This document shows positions 27,101 to 36,856 of a stretch of DNA of 64,000 nt, one piece after another. This DNA comes from a virus. The notes beneath the pieces were generated by a model. That model had not been told where the DNA came from. It worked only from the letters and a program-made list of their open reading frames with translations, and did no database searches. Made by a program: the position numbers and the translations under genes. Position 1 is the first letter of the stretch, and each line of letters starts with the position of its first letter. The DNA lies in the IMG/VR virus record IMGVR_UViG_3300036774_000066, positions 92,610 through 156,609 of that record. One strand, written 5' to 3'.

Positions 27101-27934
27101 ATATCTCACCTGAATGTACTTTCCTGTTACTCTGTCAACATAGATAGTTCCAACCACAGAAGGATGTGTCGGGTCAAGAGTCCCGTAAACAGTTCCACTC
27201 ACGTAAGGATAGTCTACATTGGTAATTGTTGTCGGAGCAGTATCATCCGGTAAATTACTTGCAGGTCCATACTGAGTATTTCCGTAGTAGAAAAACTTGG
27301 AAGTTGACAAATCTATTCTCTCCCGCCACACTTCCAAAAATGCCATATCCTGTCTTTTACCAAACACAGGAGCATCAGGAAATCTAATAGTAATATCCGG
27401 CCTACTCCCATCAAAAGAATTAGAAGTCAAGACAAGCTGATACCCGTTCACAAGAACAACAACATCTGTACCATTTGACTTAATGCGAACACTATTATCT
27501 ACCAAACCTCCCTTATCACAAACAAGATCACCAGGGGATAGCATACTCTCCAAGTCAGTTCCTACAGTAAATTCCTTTACATCCCCAGTATTTCCAGAAA
27601 GAAATCCAGAGGCAGCAATACTTCTTCTGTAAAGAGCATCCCTCTCAATAGAAGAAAGACCTCCAAAACTATAATCCACTGTGTCAAGATACCCAAGTAT
27701 GTCATCCACCTTCTTAGCAACAAAAGAGTCACGAGCACCAAGACTCTGAAATACGGGCTTCTCCGCAGGCGCGTACACGGGAGTCGTCGTATTCCAATAC
27801 GATATGTCAAACACCGCATCAGGCTTAAAAGAATCCCCCCAATTCAAGTAAGAATTTGGGTCAGGAGGATTATTCAAGTTGTTCCACGAAGGAAATCCCA
27901 AGTCATCACGAATTTTAGTGATTCCAGTAGCCAT
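24185..27934 (-). CDS. Large tail fibre/receptor-binding protein with Asp-box beta-propeller
   Basis: RQDMAFLEVWRE baseplate-anchor type N-terminus; YSSTDLNSF, YVSTDGVNW, YAESADGVVW, STTGIYW repeats. Confidence 0.7.
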   Translation of the reverse strand: MATGITKIRDDLGFPSWNNLNNPPDPNSYLNWGDSFKPDAVFDISYWNTTTPVYAPAEKPVFQSLGARDSFVAKKVDDILGYLDTVDYSFGGLSSIERDALYRRSIAASGFLSGNTGDVKEFTVGTDLESMLSPGDLVCDKGGLVDNSVRIKSNGTDVVVLVNGYQLVLTSNSFDGSRPDITIRFPDAPVFGKRQDMAFLEVWRERIDLSTSKFFYYGNTQYGPASNLPDDTAPTTITNVDYPYVSGTVYGTLDPTHPSVVGTIYVDRVTGKYIQVRYRIRVFSLDFEDSTTNSVIPKNILTNAALFAQGKRSSDSSTANFVIVSSDYGLFAASGDTSLGVGGLAWCIPICFVHRRNQAAFSEANINGGSSRPDLLSFPIIAERDVMDMRHTVTLGTFDWEEVYQKTMKKLMGGSLSTNWYSQYSLPDGVVSTQLDIYGNRHFEGMGIRNSTLAGTQLKYKIITNNGIPAAPDGIRQVWSDAEESQAAICFISDIDDPGNLCIPTGFFEYNQIGHWVKADLQMLPSWNGGAGDHVVFTGMVPKFRWASNGATVNMSWTSLTGAAIQGYVQSGNIGSYEGYSVHSHDGMVGEVYIKFSRGSSFLDRTPVWGKARNFSMTSNGTPLMEAFGYNQYEPLGFDEQTRRIHTFAFISDQIALDGNPTTPVTLPQSEFRPFGSCMRDSDGKYKVWVANTATGGFDLYSSTDLNSFSSPVPCAGLPDCGDMNNVNGISVVKAAVVTMKYYLFATNLLHQLNMYVSTDGVNWTGPTLCTGLTGHGTNIIKACVMFDTGAGTSLPTPRFKMWFINDSDAIVTYAESADGVVWDNIALTPVTDTDILTGSDLPTEISVIMEAECGFGTYKVWLTVSEDYDGSRGYGPKDHLKVLYGFSTTGIYWMMSDIPRWSEDLHYSQYWRKDIPDSACPYLENSDETVNHPYFLTICNIFKDDKVYRTYGIKSYLGNFGSSTVVTSLLCKIVLGMVDRNGSGTSQNAMYQGRGAMDHALRYDDAIGNLPDDTLVFYTEYAPRVHAGGACFTLVGGPWVSESKVVYVPENPVLVSTLGSGYKNMRVIPSRGVINLLDQLNGMFNHPLHNYIARAVIPFDGRAVSAAFPSHEYSLGSAVQFVRAMPCDVYKDRGSLLEYFYSGHFNYDIRHAIAFSFEYLVLQQGIFESNNTAIGQHIHSEAVDFETYFPLGFGDSVFAALFSVSKMSGGQIAIMLSFGDSLPTYRSYSCDAFLSAMVPCGRYLAKMK

Positions 27935-27945
27935 CGGAAAACTCC

Positions 27946-28518
27946 TTATGTATTAGAACCAAAACGAATCTGATGCCAAATGTCAAGGACCATCGAATGA
28001 TTCACAGGGAGAGGGGTTGTCAGCCTCTTGTAAGCCATAATCTCATTTTCTTTACCCTCATACACTGTATCTCGCCAAGCAACAGTAGGAAATAAACCTT
28101 CCTCTGTAATAACTATACTGGCAGGAGGAACAAACCCCGTTACTTTATACGTTATGAAAGAATCAGGATAGGAAGGCAAAGGAGAAGTATCTACTGCGGG
28201 AAACCCCAACGTAAGACCAGAATACAGCACTTGACCAGCCGGATATAAACCAACAGAAGGAGATTCAAGGTGAGTTCTATTCGGGTCCAAAGGTTCTGAA
28301 GAAAGAGGAGGTAACTTAATTCCAAGACACATGGTACTTATACGTCTTGACGCATAAGTAATAGGATCAGTTGCCATCAAAGCAACATGCCTTCTCCCAC
28401 AAAGAGGAATAAAATTCTTCTCTTCAAACAGAAGAGTAGGAGTACCCCGAAAGTCCTTTCTCTCCCACTGAAAAATTCTCAAAAATCCCTCTATCACACA
28501 AAAATCTTCTTGATACAT
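27946..28518 (-). CDS. Baseplate/tail-fibre attachment protein
   Basis: EEKNFI...GR, ITEEGLF, MAYKR motif set; position after wedge gene; start refined to MYQED. Confidence 0.6.
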   Translation of the reverse strand: MYQEDFCVIEGFLRIFQWERKDFRGTPTLLFEEKNFIPLCGRRHVALMATDPITYASRRISTMCLGIKLPPLSSEPLDPNRTHLESPSVGLYPAGQVLYSGLTLGFPAVDTSPLPSYPDSFITYKVTGFVPPASIVITEEGLFPTVAWRDTVYEGKENEIMAYKRLTTPLPVNHSMVLDIWHQIRFGSNT

Positions 28519-28534
28519 AGCCGCTCCCAGATAA

Positions 28535-30538
28535 TCAATAAGGATAGCCCATGCTCTCGTAAAGTGGCACGGAATGGTCATTATGATCGTATATCCACAG
28601 TTTATCGGTTTGACAATCGTTGTTATGAAGAACAGACCCACCACCAGCTAAATTAAACCCTGAACCCGCTTGCAACTGAAACTTGCTAAATGAGTAACTC
28701 TTATCAGGGGCAAGATGATATTCCCCATAAGTATCAACATTCGCAGCACTATTAACTATATGAGAATCAGGAAAAGCATTCCATCCAGACCCATCATTGT
28801 AATATCCTGTTACAACATTACCAACCCTTTTGATTCTTAACTGTACTTCCTTGTAAGGTGTCCAAGTAAACGTAGCAAAAAGAGCGTTTGTATTTGTAAC
28901 CCAAACAAAAACATTCTGTCCAGGGGTAGTATGGCTACCTACACCAACAACAACCCAATCTATGCCAAGTAAATCTATCAATCTCAAAAAGATTCCATTG
29001 CCAGCAAGAACATTCTGGAAAGCAGACATTTTTATATTGAAGTCAAGTTGAATATCCCCATTGATATTAGAAAAAAGTCTCCAATATACTCCGTGGTCAA
29101 CGGCATTTCCAAGAGTAGCACAATAATCACTACTCAAAGGAGGACGTACATCTAACACATACTTACTCAGAAATTCCACATCCCAACCCGAGTCAATAAC
29201 ACCTCCGTCAAAATCATCCATTTCATACGTTTCCAAGTAAACCCAAGAAGGAGAAGCAGCATGATTATGAAAAGCACACCACCCTCGATGAGGATAATCC
29301 CCTAAACAATCAGGAGGCCAACTGGAACAATAGCTATGGTCATAGTAAGCATCTCTATAAATATCCCATTCAGCAGATGTATGTGTGATAGAATCACTAT
29401 GAGTATCAATCGCTAAATGATCGTGCTTCGGAGGAGGACAACACGTACTCCCATGAGTCAAGCAATCTGAAGGCTTCCAAGGAAAGGATTCTGTAAAGGG
29501 ACTCGGCTTAATACCCAACGGATCAGTCAAAATATGCAAATAGAATTTTGTAAAATCCTCAGTAATTGGAAAAATATCTCCACACTGGTCCTTATCACAA
29601 TCAGGTCCAATAAACTTAACCGCTGCATAAATCTCATACAATATATGCGCCGGAATCACCTCATCAATTCTCTTTACAATATCGTCAAATGCAGCAGGTA
29701 TTAAACTGATAAAAAAGGAAAAGTCAGGCTGAATCCTTATCATTGAATCAGGAAAATATACCCACTCATTCACTGGCTTGTGCTTACCAAAAATATCCTT
29801 ATTCTCTGCGGGAATATCCCTTGTCCTAACATCTATGTACCTACGATCATTCCTATCATTCTTATTTGACCAGACAAACAGAACAGTAACATCTCTTCCA
29901 ATAGACTCAAAAAGAACCTCATACCCTCGCGGAACACCCTTCAAACGATACCACTGTGTCGCCCATTTTAACTCATTTCTGCGAATACTCTCAGAGGAAA
30001 GAGGAGGAAACACTATCCACGAAGGAGGATCAGTAACAGTTGTAGGAACTATGTGCTTATTCCCATTTATCTGACTCTTATATGTCTCTCCATCATAGTA
30101 AACCAAACTGTTATAGTGATACTCCGTGTCTTTATCCCATGCACCACCAACAGGAGAAGGAAGTATCAAGTTATCAAAAATAAACTCATATCCAATAGTC
30201 CTTGCTAAGTAAGTGAGAAAAGAAACAGGTACTTCATCCGGGTCCATCAAAGAAGATAGTCTCTTAATCTCATTTCTCAAACTCTCTACTGCGTCAACTG
30301 TCTGACCATTAGAATCAACAAAGGAAGAAGTACCCTCTAAGAATATCTTTTGTACCAAGAAAAGAATATACCGAATAATACCTCTACCATTCGGGTCTTC
30401 CTTTGGAAAAACAGCAAGAGGATTCATCGGATCAGACGGATTATTTACATCTCCGTCAATATGACGATCTTTTGGCACAGGGGAATCAGCCCAATCCCCC
30501 TGTCCAAAACGCCAAAAATTTCTTCGCGTCCAATCCAT
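28535..30538 (-). CDS. Baseplate wedge protein (P2 gpI / T4 gp7-like) with CBM5/12-like and ConA-like inserts
   Basis: LMDPDEVPVSFLTYLARTIG, WYRLKG, IDEVIPAH. Confidence 0.75.
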   Translation of the reverse strand: MDWTRRNFWRFGQGDWADSPVPKDRHIDGDVNNPSDPMNPLAVFPKEDPNGRGIIRYILFLVQKIFLEGTSSFVDSNGQTVDAVESLRNEIKRLSSLMDPDEVPVSFLTYLARTIGYEFIFDNLILPSPVGGAWDKDTEYHYNSLVYYDGETYKSQINGNKHIVPTTVTDPPSWIVFPPLSSESIRRNELKWATQWYRLKGVPRGYEVLFESIGRDVTVLFVWSNKNDRNDRRYIDVRTRDIPAENKDIFGKHKPVNEWVYFPDSMIRIQPDFSFFISLIPAAFDDIVKRIDEVIPAHILYEIYAAVKFIGPDCDKDQCGDIFPITEDFTKFYLHILTDPLGIKPSPFTESFPWKPSDCLTHGSTCCPPPKHDHLAIDTHSDSITHTSAEWDIYRDAYYDHSYCSSWPPDCLGDYPHRGWCAFHNHAASPSWVYLETYEMDDFDGGVIDSGWDVEFLSKYVLDVRPPLSSDYCATLGNAVDHGVYWRLFSNINGDIQLDFNIKMSAFQNVLAGNGIFLRLIDLLGIDWVVVGVGSHTTPGQNVFVWVTNTNALFATFTWTPYKEVQLRIKRVGNVVTGYYNDGSGWNAFPDSHIVNSAANVDTYGEYHLAPDKSYSFSKFQLQAGSGFNLAGGGSVLHNNDCQTDKLWIYDHNDHSVPLYESMGYPY

Positions 30539-30541
30539 AAG

Positions 30542-32578
30542 CTACTCTTGTATGTCAACAGACTTAACGGTCAAAAGTTGATACGCCGCAACAGGAACCT
30601 CATCTCCATAAGCAATAGAAGGTATAACTCCTGCCCAAAGAGTAAAAGAAATTACTCCGGTAGTTTGACCAATAGCAGTGTAAAGCAAGTGTTTGTGAAA
30701 AGAAAGTCCAGGTACAAAGGTTGCAAACAAGGTATATATCGCTTTTCTTATGTTGTTCTTAACAGTGACACGATCAAACTTCAAATCAACTATCAAATTG
30801 GAAATAATAATATCAATATAAGAAGGTTGCCCATCCAAAACTTCTGTCTGCACAACAGACATTCCAACATCCCCTTGATACTGTGATCCTATGAGATTTC
30901 CAGCATTCAAGTAATCTCTCAAGTCATCTAAAAGATTCGGCTTAGACGCATCCGTCGCGGATACATACTGCACCGAGTCAACAATCCCATCTCCATCTGT
31001 ATCAAGTTCAACAGGACACCAAATATACACAAGCATCACGTTAGCCATGTACGAAGGATAATAGGTATTCAATAGAAAATCGTATGTTCCTGCAACAGGA
31101 ACTCCCCCTGAAACATTCCCAAGAGCATAATGCCCACCTCCCAAATCCTTGAGAGGGACAGTCAAGGGAATCTGGTGATTCAAGTTGTCTGCGTCATTCT
31201 GTGGCCGAATTACAGCAGCCTTACCCGCAGAACCCCAAGAAGGAGAAACGTACTTCAAAGCTAAAGTCAAGATGTCATTCTTTGTGATTGCCCTCTCTGT
31301 AGTCTTAAACCACCCCGGAGCCAGATAACGAATATGATCCAAACTCTCCTTGTCAACACCACCAAAACCTCCTGATGTATTTACATTGTTCACTGTGAAA
31401 GGAGTTTCAATGGTATTCACATACCCCACCACATTTCCCGAAGCAACTCCTTTAATAACATGATTTCCTGCTACTCCTCCACCTGTGCGATAAAACAGAA
31501 CTACGTCAACAGTAGGTATTGCTCCATGTGTCAATCCATCCCCAAAAGCAATCTTGAGATTCCCCTTTTCCGTAAACTGTATTACGTAAACTTGATCTGT
31601 CGGCGTAGCAAGATTCAAGGTATTTTTTGATTGCTGTTCCCATCTCGCACCATTCACAAATACAACCCATGAATCTTCAATCACACTCCCCTGTGAAGAA
31701 ACAAACTTCTGAAAATCCCCTCCCGGCTCGGGCGTAAAAACATCTGCCTGTGAAGTACCCTCAAGTAAAGCAAGACCGTACACATTCTGAGCAGAGTCAA
31801 CAACCCACCAAGGATCACCAACCACATTCGTCGGCTGATGACCTATATTTCCATCTTGTAAACTTCGATAAGTCCCGCCATTGAAAAAACAAATCTCTCC
31901 TGCATGAAAAGTCACACTGGATGTCCAATATAACGGATATTCACCAAGAAAATCACGCAATACCCAATTAAGGTCTTCCGAAACTATGTACAAACCACCA
32001 ACCTGAGTAATAGAAATCTTCTTAGGAACTGTCAAACTTGAATACGGCGCATCACCAGGATTAGGAAAATCCAACAAATTTATAGCAGCAAATTTTCCAG
32101 TAGAAATTTCTTTCTTTGCAAAGTAAGCCAACTCAAGATTCAGATTATCCACAACAAAACTGGAAGGAGGAACAACAGCATGAGTTGTTGTGTCAAAATA
32201 AGCTCCCCGTAATTCCAAAACTTGACCAGAAGGAATCACAGGAACTCCACGTACAGGTACTCTTGCTGCCACAGGAGCAGTTGGTGTATATCCAAGCAAA
32301 TTCGTAATATGAAGCATCCCACGGTAACGCTCCACTACGTCAATAAAGCTATTATTCGCAACCTTATCCATGTTAAAGGAAAGAACGTCAGACAAATAAG
32401 AAATCAAATCCATATAAGCAACACCAATATTCGATTCAAACAAATCATTCCAAAAAGGAGTGTCATGCGCCTGTACCCATGTACGCAATGCCTCTTTCAT
32501 CAAGGAGAAATCCCTTGACGAATAACGCACCTCTTCCAAAGGCTTAAATATCTCTTGGACTAAAGGAGAAATTGCCAT
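30542..32578 (-). CDS. Baseplate wedge protein (T4 gp6 / gpJ-like)
   Basis: YSSRDF...WNDLFESNIG, LGYTP, IAFGDG, YRTGGGVAGN, GGVDKESLDHIR, RAIT. Confidence 0.9.
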   Translation of the reverse strand: MAISPLVQEIFKPLEEVRYSSRDFSLMKEALRTWVQAHDTPFWNDLFESNIGVAYMDLISYLSDVLSFNMDKVANNSFIDVVERYRGMLHITNLLGYTPTAPVAARVPVRGVPVIPSGQVLELRGAYFDTTTHAVVPPSSFVVDNLNLELAYFAKKEISTGKFAAINLLDFPNPGDAPYSSLTVPKKISITQVGGLYIVSEDLNWVLRDFLGEYPLYWTSSVTFHAGEICFFNGGTYRSLQDGNIGHQPTNVVGDPWWVVDSAQNVYGLALLEGTSQADVFTPEPGGDFQKFVSSQGSVIEDSWVVFVNGARWEQQSKNTLNLATPTDQVYVIQFTEKGNLKIAFGDGLTHGAIPTVDVVLFYRTGGGVAGNHVIKGVASGNVVGYVNTIETPFTVNNVNTSGGFGGVDKESLDHIRYLAPGWFKTTERAITKNDILTLALKYVSPSWGSAGKAAVIRPQNDADNLNHQIPLTVPLKDLGGGHYALGNVSGGVPVAGTYDFLLNTYYPSYMANVMLVYIWCPVELDTDGDGIVDSVQYVSATDASKPNLLDDLRDYLNAGNLIGSQYQGDVGMSVVQTEVLDGQPSYIDIIISNLIVDLKFDRVTVKNNIRKAIYTLFATFVPGLSFHKHLLYTAIGQTTGVISFTLWAGVIPSIAYGDEVPVAAYQLLTVKSVDIQE

Positions 32579-32582
32579 AGTA

Positions 32583-33116
32583 TCATCCTACGTTTGAAAC
32601 AATCCTCAATGACCCAACCGCCGCTTTTTGTGCCTGTAAATACAAATCAACTGGCAAACCTGATTCTATAATAGTGTAGTTATGGTGTATCGCAACATCA
32701 GACCCACTTGAAAAAACATTGATAGACAACAGGTTAATCCGTGGTTCCCATGTCCGTATCGCATCTGTCATGTAAACAACAATCTCTGCCCTTAGTACAG
32801 CGTCGTTAGGCTCAAAGAGAATATCTAAGAAATGTGATCCAAAGAGAGGCTGCATCAACCTTCCACCTACTCTCGTCGTGTAAATCATCAAAATGGAAGC
32901 CTTGACAAGTTCATTCGTACACTTCACACCAAGGCGACCGTCTTTTCTTGGAGCGGTAGGAACTGCGGCACCCTTCCACCTACACCCAAACTGCTGTAAC
33001 ACAGGAGGAGGAGCATACCCTTGTATCTCTTTCGGAATAGCAGGATTAGCTGTCCACGCATGAGGATCAGTAAGTTGCGTCTGGTAAAGTTCTGTCTCAA
33101 AAGGAATGTTAGCCAT
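32583..33116 (-). CDS. Baseplate gp25/GpW-like protein
   Basis: TRVGGRLMQPLFGS...LFEPND...IRTWEPRI. Confidence 0.9.
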   Translation of the reverse strand: MANIPFETELYQTQLTDPHAWTANPAIPKEIQGYAPPPVLQQFGCRWKGAAVPTAPRKDGRLGVKCTNELVKASILMIYTTRVGGRLMQPLFGSHFLDILFEPNDAVLRAEIVVYMTDAIRTWEPRINLLSINVFSSGSDVAIHHNYTIIESGLPVDLYLQAQKAAVGSLRIVSNVG

Positions 33117-33130
33117 AACATTAAGTCTAT

Positions 33131-33568
33131 CTATGCAATCGGAATTTCTCTTGCCCCTTCTTGCTTCTTAACAGAGGAAAGCATCGGCGGAGGTTTATCA
33201 TATACCCATGTCCATCCGTAAATATCCGTTGCAGGTAATCCCTGTCCACCACTACCGCTTCCTTTGTCAAGATGCTTCTTTGAGTTAAACTCCATCAATA
33301 AATTCTGATACTTAGTCACAGTTGGGTCTTGTGAAGTGGATGCCTGCCTCTTATCATCCTCCGATTGCCCGGAAAGACTGTATGCAAAATACTTGGCAAA
33401 AAAGGAAGGAGGGGTAACAGACGGATCAGCAAACACATCCTTCTTCAAGTCAACAAAGAAAGAGTCAACCTTCGCTTCAATTGCTATCGTCTGTGCAGAA
33501 ATAGCGTCAGTTACAGCCGTGGACATTGCCTCAATTGCAGCTACTACATCGTCAAGAGTTGCAGCCAT
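33131..33568 (-). CDS. Hypothetical baseplate-region protein
   Basis: ORF between PAAR and gp25. Confidence 0.65.
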   Translation of the reverse strand: MAATLDDVVAAIEAMSTAVTDAISAQTIAIEAKVDSFFVDLKKDVFADPSVTPPSFFAKYFAYSLSGQSEDDKRQASTSQDPTVTKYQNLLMEFNSKKHLDKGSGSGGQGLPATDIYGWTWVYDKPPPMLSSVKKQEGAREIPIA

Positions 33569-33571
33569 GTA

Positions 33572-33886
33572 CTACTCCGAAAAAGTTACAGGGGAACCTT
33601 GAATAATCACACCGGAACCAGAAGGACCAACTACAGAATCCATTACTCGTGCAAACCCAAACCCATTGTCTCCCTTTGTCACAGTAGAACCTCCCACAAC
33701 CGAACCTGTCCCACATATCGTACAATTAAGCTGGACTTGATCTCCTTGACGTACAACAAAACTTCCGTCTAACTTCTTAGTCTTATCACCAGAAATCAAG
33801 TACCCGCCAGGAGGTTGATTATACGGATATGAGTTATGTGCGCAATTGTATTGAACCATGTCATTATTACGTCCTACTGCTTGCAT
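33572..33886 (-). CDS. PAAR-like spike tip protein
   Basis: AVGRNND, VVRQGD, FARVMD...IIQGSPVTF triple repeat with Cys/His. Confidence 0.8.
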   Translation of the reverse strand: MQAVGRNNDMVQYNCAHNSYPYNQPPGGYLISGDKTKKLDGSFVVRQGDQVQLNCTICGTGSVVGGSTVTKGDNGFGFARVMDSVVGPSGSGVIIQGSPVTFSE

Positions 33887-33887
33887 G

Positions 33888-34601
33888 TCAATACAACCTA
33901 CTTGCCATTGATGATAAATCCTGCCGCATACCTGTACACGTATTCATCACAGCCTGATCTTCATTCTTCATTGTCTGGACATTTCCCTGTGCATCAAAAG
34001 ATACCTGAGACTTCAAAGAATTGTATCTAATAACAGCAGGGTCATTCTGAGAGGCAGGATATTTTGCTATTAAGCAATAAAGTGTATTGTCGGTTGCCTG
34101 TATCAAGGTATAAATACCAGAATTTTTAACCAACGTATCGAAGGCTTCCTTCATTCTGGCAATCAATCCCAAAGGAGACTTCGCAATTGCCCCTGAAACG
34201 ACCTGTGCGGCCTGTGCCTGTGCTTCCTTGGCCTTTGTATTCGCTAACTGGACATACGTGGTAGCCATAGCTAATACGGCTGCTGGAGGGTTTGCAGGAT
34301 CAAAAGGACCATTGTTCGCTATATACGTCTCTACCCAATCAATAAACATCTGCGCATTCGGTAAAACACAAACAGCAATAGGACATCCCAGAATCAAATC
34401 AAGATACTCCTCCATTGTCAGCAAGTGAACATCCGGCAACTTGAACTTGAGCATCAATTCCCCAAGGTCAAGACCCTGAGAATACTTTTCCAACTTTGCA
34501 CTGACTTTGTTTGCCTTGTCAACAACAACACTCAATTTCGAGTTTATAGTAGATAAAAACTTGATAGAACTATCAAAGAGGTCTTGACAAGAGTATGCCA
34601 T
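33888..34601 (-). CDS. Hypothetical helical protein between spike and PAAR genes
   Basis: 237-aa ORF in tail operon. Confidence 0.7.
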   Translation of the reverse strand: MAYSCQDLFDSSIKFLSTINSKLSVVVDKANKVSAKLEKYSQGLDLGELMLKFKLPDVHLLTMEEYLDLILGCPIAVCVLPNAQMFIDWVETYIANNGPFDPANPPAAVLAMATTYVQLANTKAKEAQAQAAQVVSGAIAKSPLGLIARMKEAFDTLVKNSGIYTLIQATDNTLYCLIAKYPASQNDPAVIRYNSLKSQVSFDAQGNVQTMKNEDQAVMNTCTGMRQDLSSMASRLY

Positions 34602-34603
34602 AT

Positions 34604-35266
34604 CTATATTCCACCATACGAGTTATTCTGAATCTGTACAGCCTTATGTACCAACTGCCCAGGAGTTTCCTCTACCATTCCTCCATCAGCCTTTAGTTTC
34701 CATTGCCCGCCTACCAAAAAGTTACAATCACCAGACACATTTACAGTTAAATCACCATTGACAGTAATATCCATGTCATTCTTTGTTGAATCTATAAGAA
34801 CTGAGTTCCCATTCTTGTCAGATATTTCTACTGATTCTTTTCCGCTCTTGTCTACAAACTTCAAGTAATGCCCACTTCGGGTCTTTATGATTCGTACTTC
34901 GGGGTAATCTGTTTGTGCCTCTTTTGGAATTTCCGTTTGTCCGTTAGGAGAACCGTACCAAGTCCCTACCCACACAGGATATTGATATTCTCCATTGATA
35001 AATGTTATCCAAACAGTATCCCCCTTGTTCGGAATGAAAACAAACCCATAGTTATTCCCACCTCCATCAAGGGCCATGTACTCCGTCCAAGGTAGCCTAT
35101 CTGTATCATTTCTATAATCCTCGTCATGAATAAACGGAATGTAAACCTTCAGTCTTCCCCGTTTATCAGGGTCATTATTGTCCACGCACCAGCCACGATA
35201 AATACCACCAAGCCGCTCCTGTGGGGTCATACCGTCCTTAATCATCTGTGCCGGAGTCAAATTCAT
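34604..35266 (-). CDS. Central spike, gp5/VgrG OB-fold (gpV-like), no lysozyme domain
   Basis: YRGWCVDNNDPDKRGRLKV, LPW, GFVFIPNKGDTVWITF..G..YPVW, KTRSGH. Confidence 0.92.
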   Translation of the reverse strand: MNLTPAQMIKDGMTPQERLGGIYRGWCVDNNDPDKRGRLKVYIPFIHDEDYRNDTDRLPWTEYMALDGGGNNYGFVFIPNKGDTVWITFINGEYQYPVWVGTWYGSPNGQTEIPKEAQTDYPEVRIIKTRSGHYLKFVDKSGKESVEISDKNGNSVLIDSTKNDMDITVNGDLTVNVSGDCNFLVGGQWKLKADGGMVEETPGQLVHKAVQIQNNSYGGI

Positions 35267-36531
35267 TTAGGCTCTACAACCTTTGTAACAAGATTTGATT
35301 CCCTTACCTCTCGCAAAATACTTCCTATCTTTGTTCTCGTCTCAAGGTCTAACTGTGAAGCTGACCTTGGAGTATTCATAGAATTTCTTGACATTTCTAA
35401 GGATGATGTAAAATTACCTCCCTCAATACTCTGAGTAATTCCCGTTACCCAATAAATACCCGACAAAGGGTGTATTCTATCTTGTGCAGTAATAACAATA
35501 AACTCTACGAAACACTGAATAGGGATAATTGGATCACCTACAATTTCAGCAGTTGCCGTATAGTTATTCAAGTTATATAATGCAAATCTTGACTTTCCAT
35601 AATCATCAATATTATCCTGCTTAGGATGTGCAGACTTAATAACTCTACCGTGAGAGTTACCTTTCGGTTTAATTACATTAACTTCTCCTGTACCTGTAAT
35701 AGTAGCTATAGGATAATTTGAAGCATTTACGGTAGTCTTAATTACCTTCTTTTTTATAGGGTCAACACTCTCCACATAAACATCATGTGATCCCAAAAAC
35801 ACCTGCTTGTAAGCGTCTTCACTTGGAGAAAATGAAAGAACTTCTCCATTCATTCCTCTGTACACAATGTACGTTTTGTAAACATCAATCTTACCAGTAT
35901 TCTTAGGATTGTACAAAGGAGTATGAAAATGAAGAGCACCCGACTCATCAAAGAAAAAAGTATACCCTCCCAAACCTTGCAAATTAACTGCCCGTGGAAC
36001 AAGTTCATTCTGAATAAAATAAAGAGTATTACAATTTCTTTGTATTATTGGACTATCAAATCCCCCTCGTGTCTTTTCTATGATAGCCTTAATCCCTCTA
36101 TTATCAGCATATTTCTGGACAATATCAGAAATCCTCATTCCAGCCTTAAAAGACAAATTTCCTCTATCATAATTTGCATCAACAGAAATATCATAAAACT
36201 CCAGCCGTAAAGTAACCCCATCAGAAGTAAACTCTGGCGCATATCCAGTCAATACCCCATCAATGGCAGGGGAATAATAGTCCGCCCATCCATACCTGAA
36301 CACAATCTTAGCCTGAGTAGCACCCTGAAGTAAAATAAAGGACTCCAAAAAGGTCCACGTAGGATCAAAGAGAGTTATTGTTCCAGTATTTCCTGTACCG
36401 TTAGTCTTTCTTTCGTATGTAAAGCTCTGGAAATAGTTATACATCGGGATAATATTACCGTTTATAGACAAATCAAAATAAACCTGTCTTAAAGTACCCG
36501 AAGGAATTAACGGTAAAGCCTCTGGTGCCAT
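35263..36531 (-). CDS. Baseplate hub (gp27 / late control D-like)
   Basis: FRYGW, ISDIV, GDP, SGIYWVTGITQSIEGGNFTSSLE; position. Confidence 0.8.
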   Translation of the reverse strand: MAPEALPLIPSGTLRQVYFDLSINGNIIPMYNYFQSFTYERKTNGTGNTGTITLFDPTWTFLESFILLQGATQAKIVFRYGWADYYSPAIDGVLTGYAPEFTSDGVTLRLEFYDISVDANYDRGNLSFKAGMRISDIVQKYADNRGIKAIIEKTRGGFDSPIIQRNCNTLYFIQNELVPRAVNLQGLGGYTFFFDESGALHFHTPLYNPKNTGKIDVYKTYIVYRGMNGEVLSFSPSEDAYKQVFLGSHDVYVESVDPIKKKVIKTTVNASNYPIATITGTGEVNVIKPKGNSHGRVIKSAHPKQDNIDDYGKSRFALYNLNNYTATAEIVGDPIIPIQCFVEFIVITAQDRIHPLSGIYWVTGITQSIEGGNFTSSLEMSRNSMNTPRSASQLDLETRTKIGSILREVRESNLVTKVVEPK

Positions 36532-36535
36532 TCAC

Positions 36536-36856
36536 TTATCCTGTTACAATATCACTTAGTATAAGTCTTACTCGATCAAAAGACGGAACTCTCAAACGGA
36601 TGCCCGGAATAATCTCTTCAAAAATATCCTCTACCTTATTTGCATGTGCAATTATCCACCAAAGATTAGGGTCATTGTAATACTGAACAGCAATCAAGTC
36701 TAACCTTCCAACTTCTATCTCTGTAACTCGATGGATAATGTCATCATCTGCTTCAGGGAAATTCACTGGTTCCCAAATATCAAAATACTCAGAATTACCC
36801 TCTTTTAGTAAAGGAGTTATCAACATCCGAGAAGAAGGCTGTAAATCTACTGACAT
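36536..36856 (-). CDS. LysM-like baseplate protein (gp53 / tail X-like)
   Basis: GRLDLIAVQYYNDPNLWWIIAHAN...PGIRLRVP. Confidence 0.88.
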   Translation of the reverse strand: MSVDLQPSSRMLITPLLKEGNSEYFDIWEPVNFPEADDDIIHRVTEIEVGRLDLIAVQYYNDPNLWWIIAHANKVEDIFEEIIPGIRLRVPSFDRVRLILSDIVTG

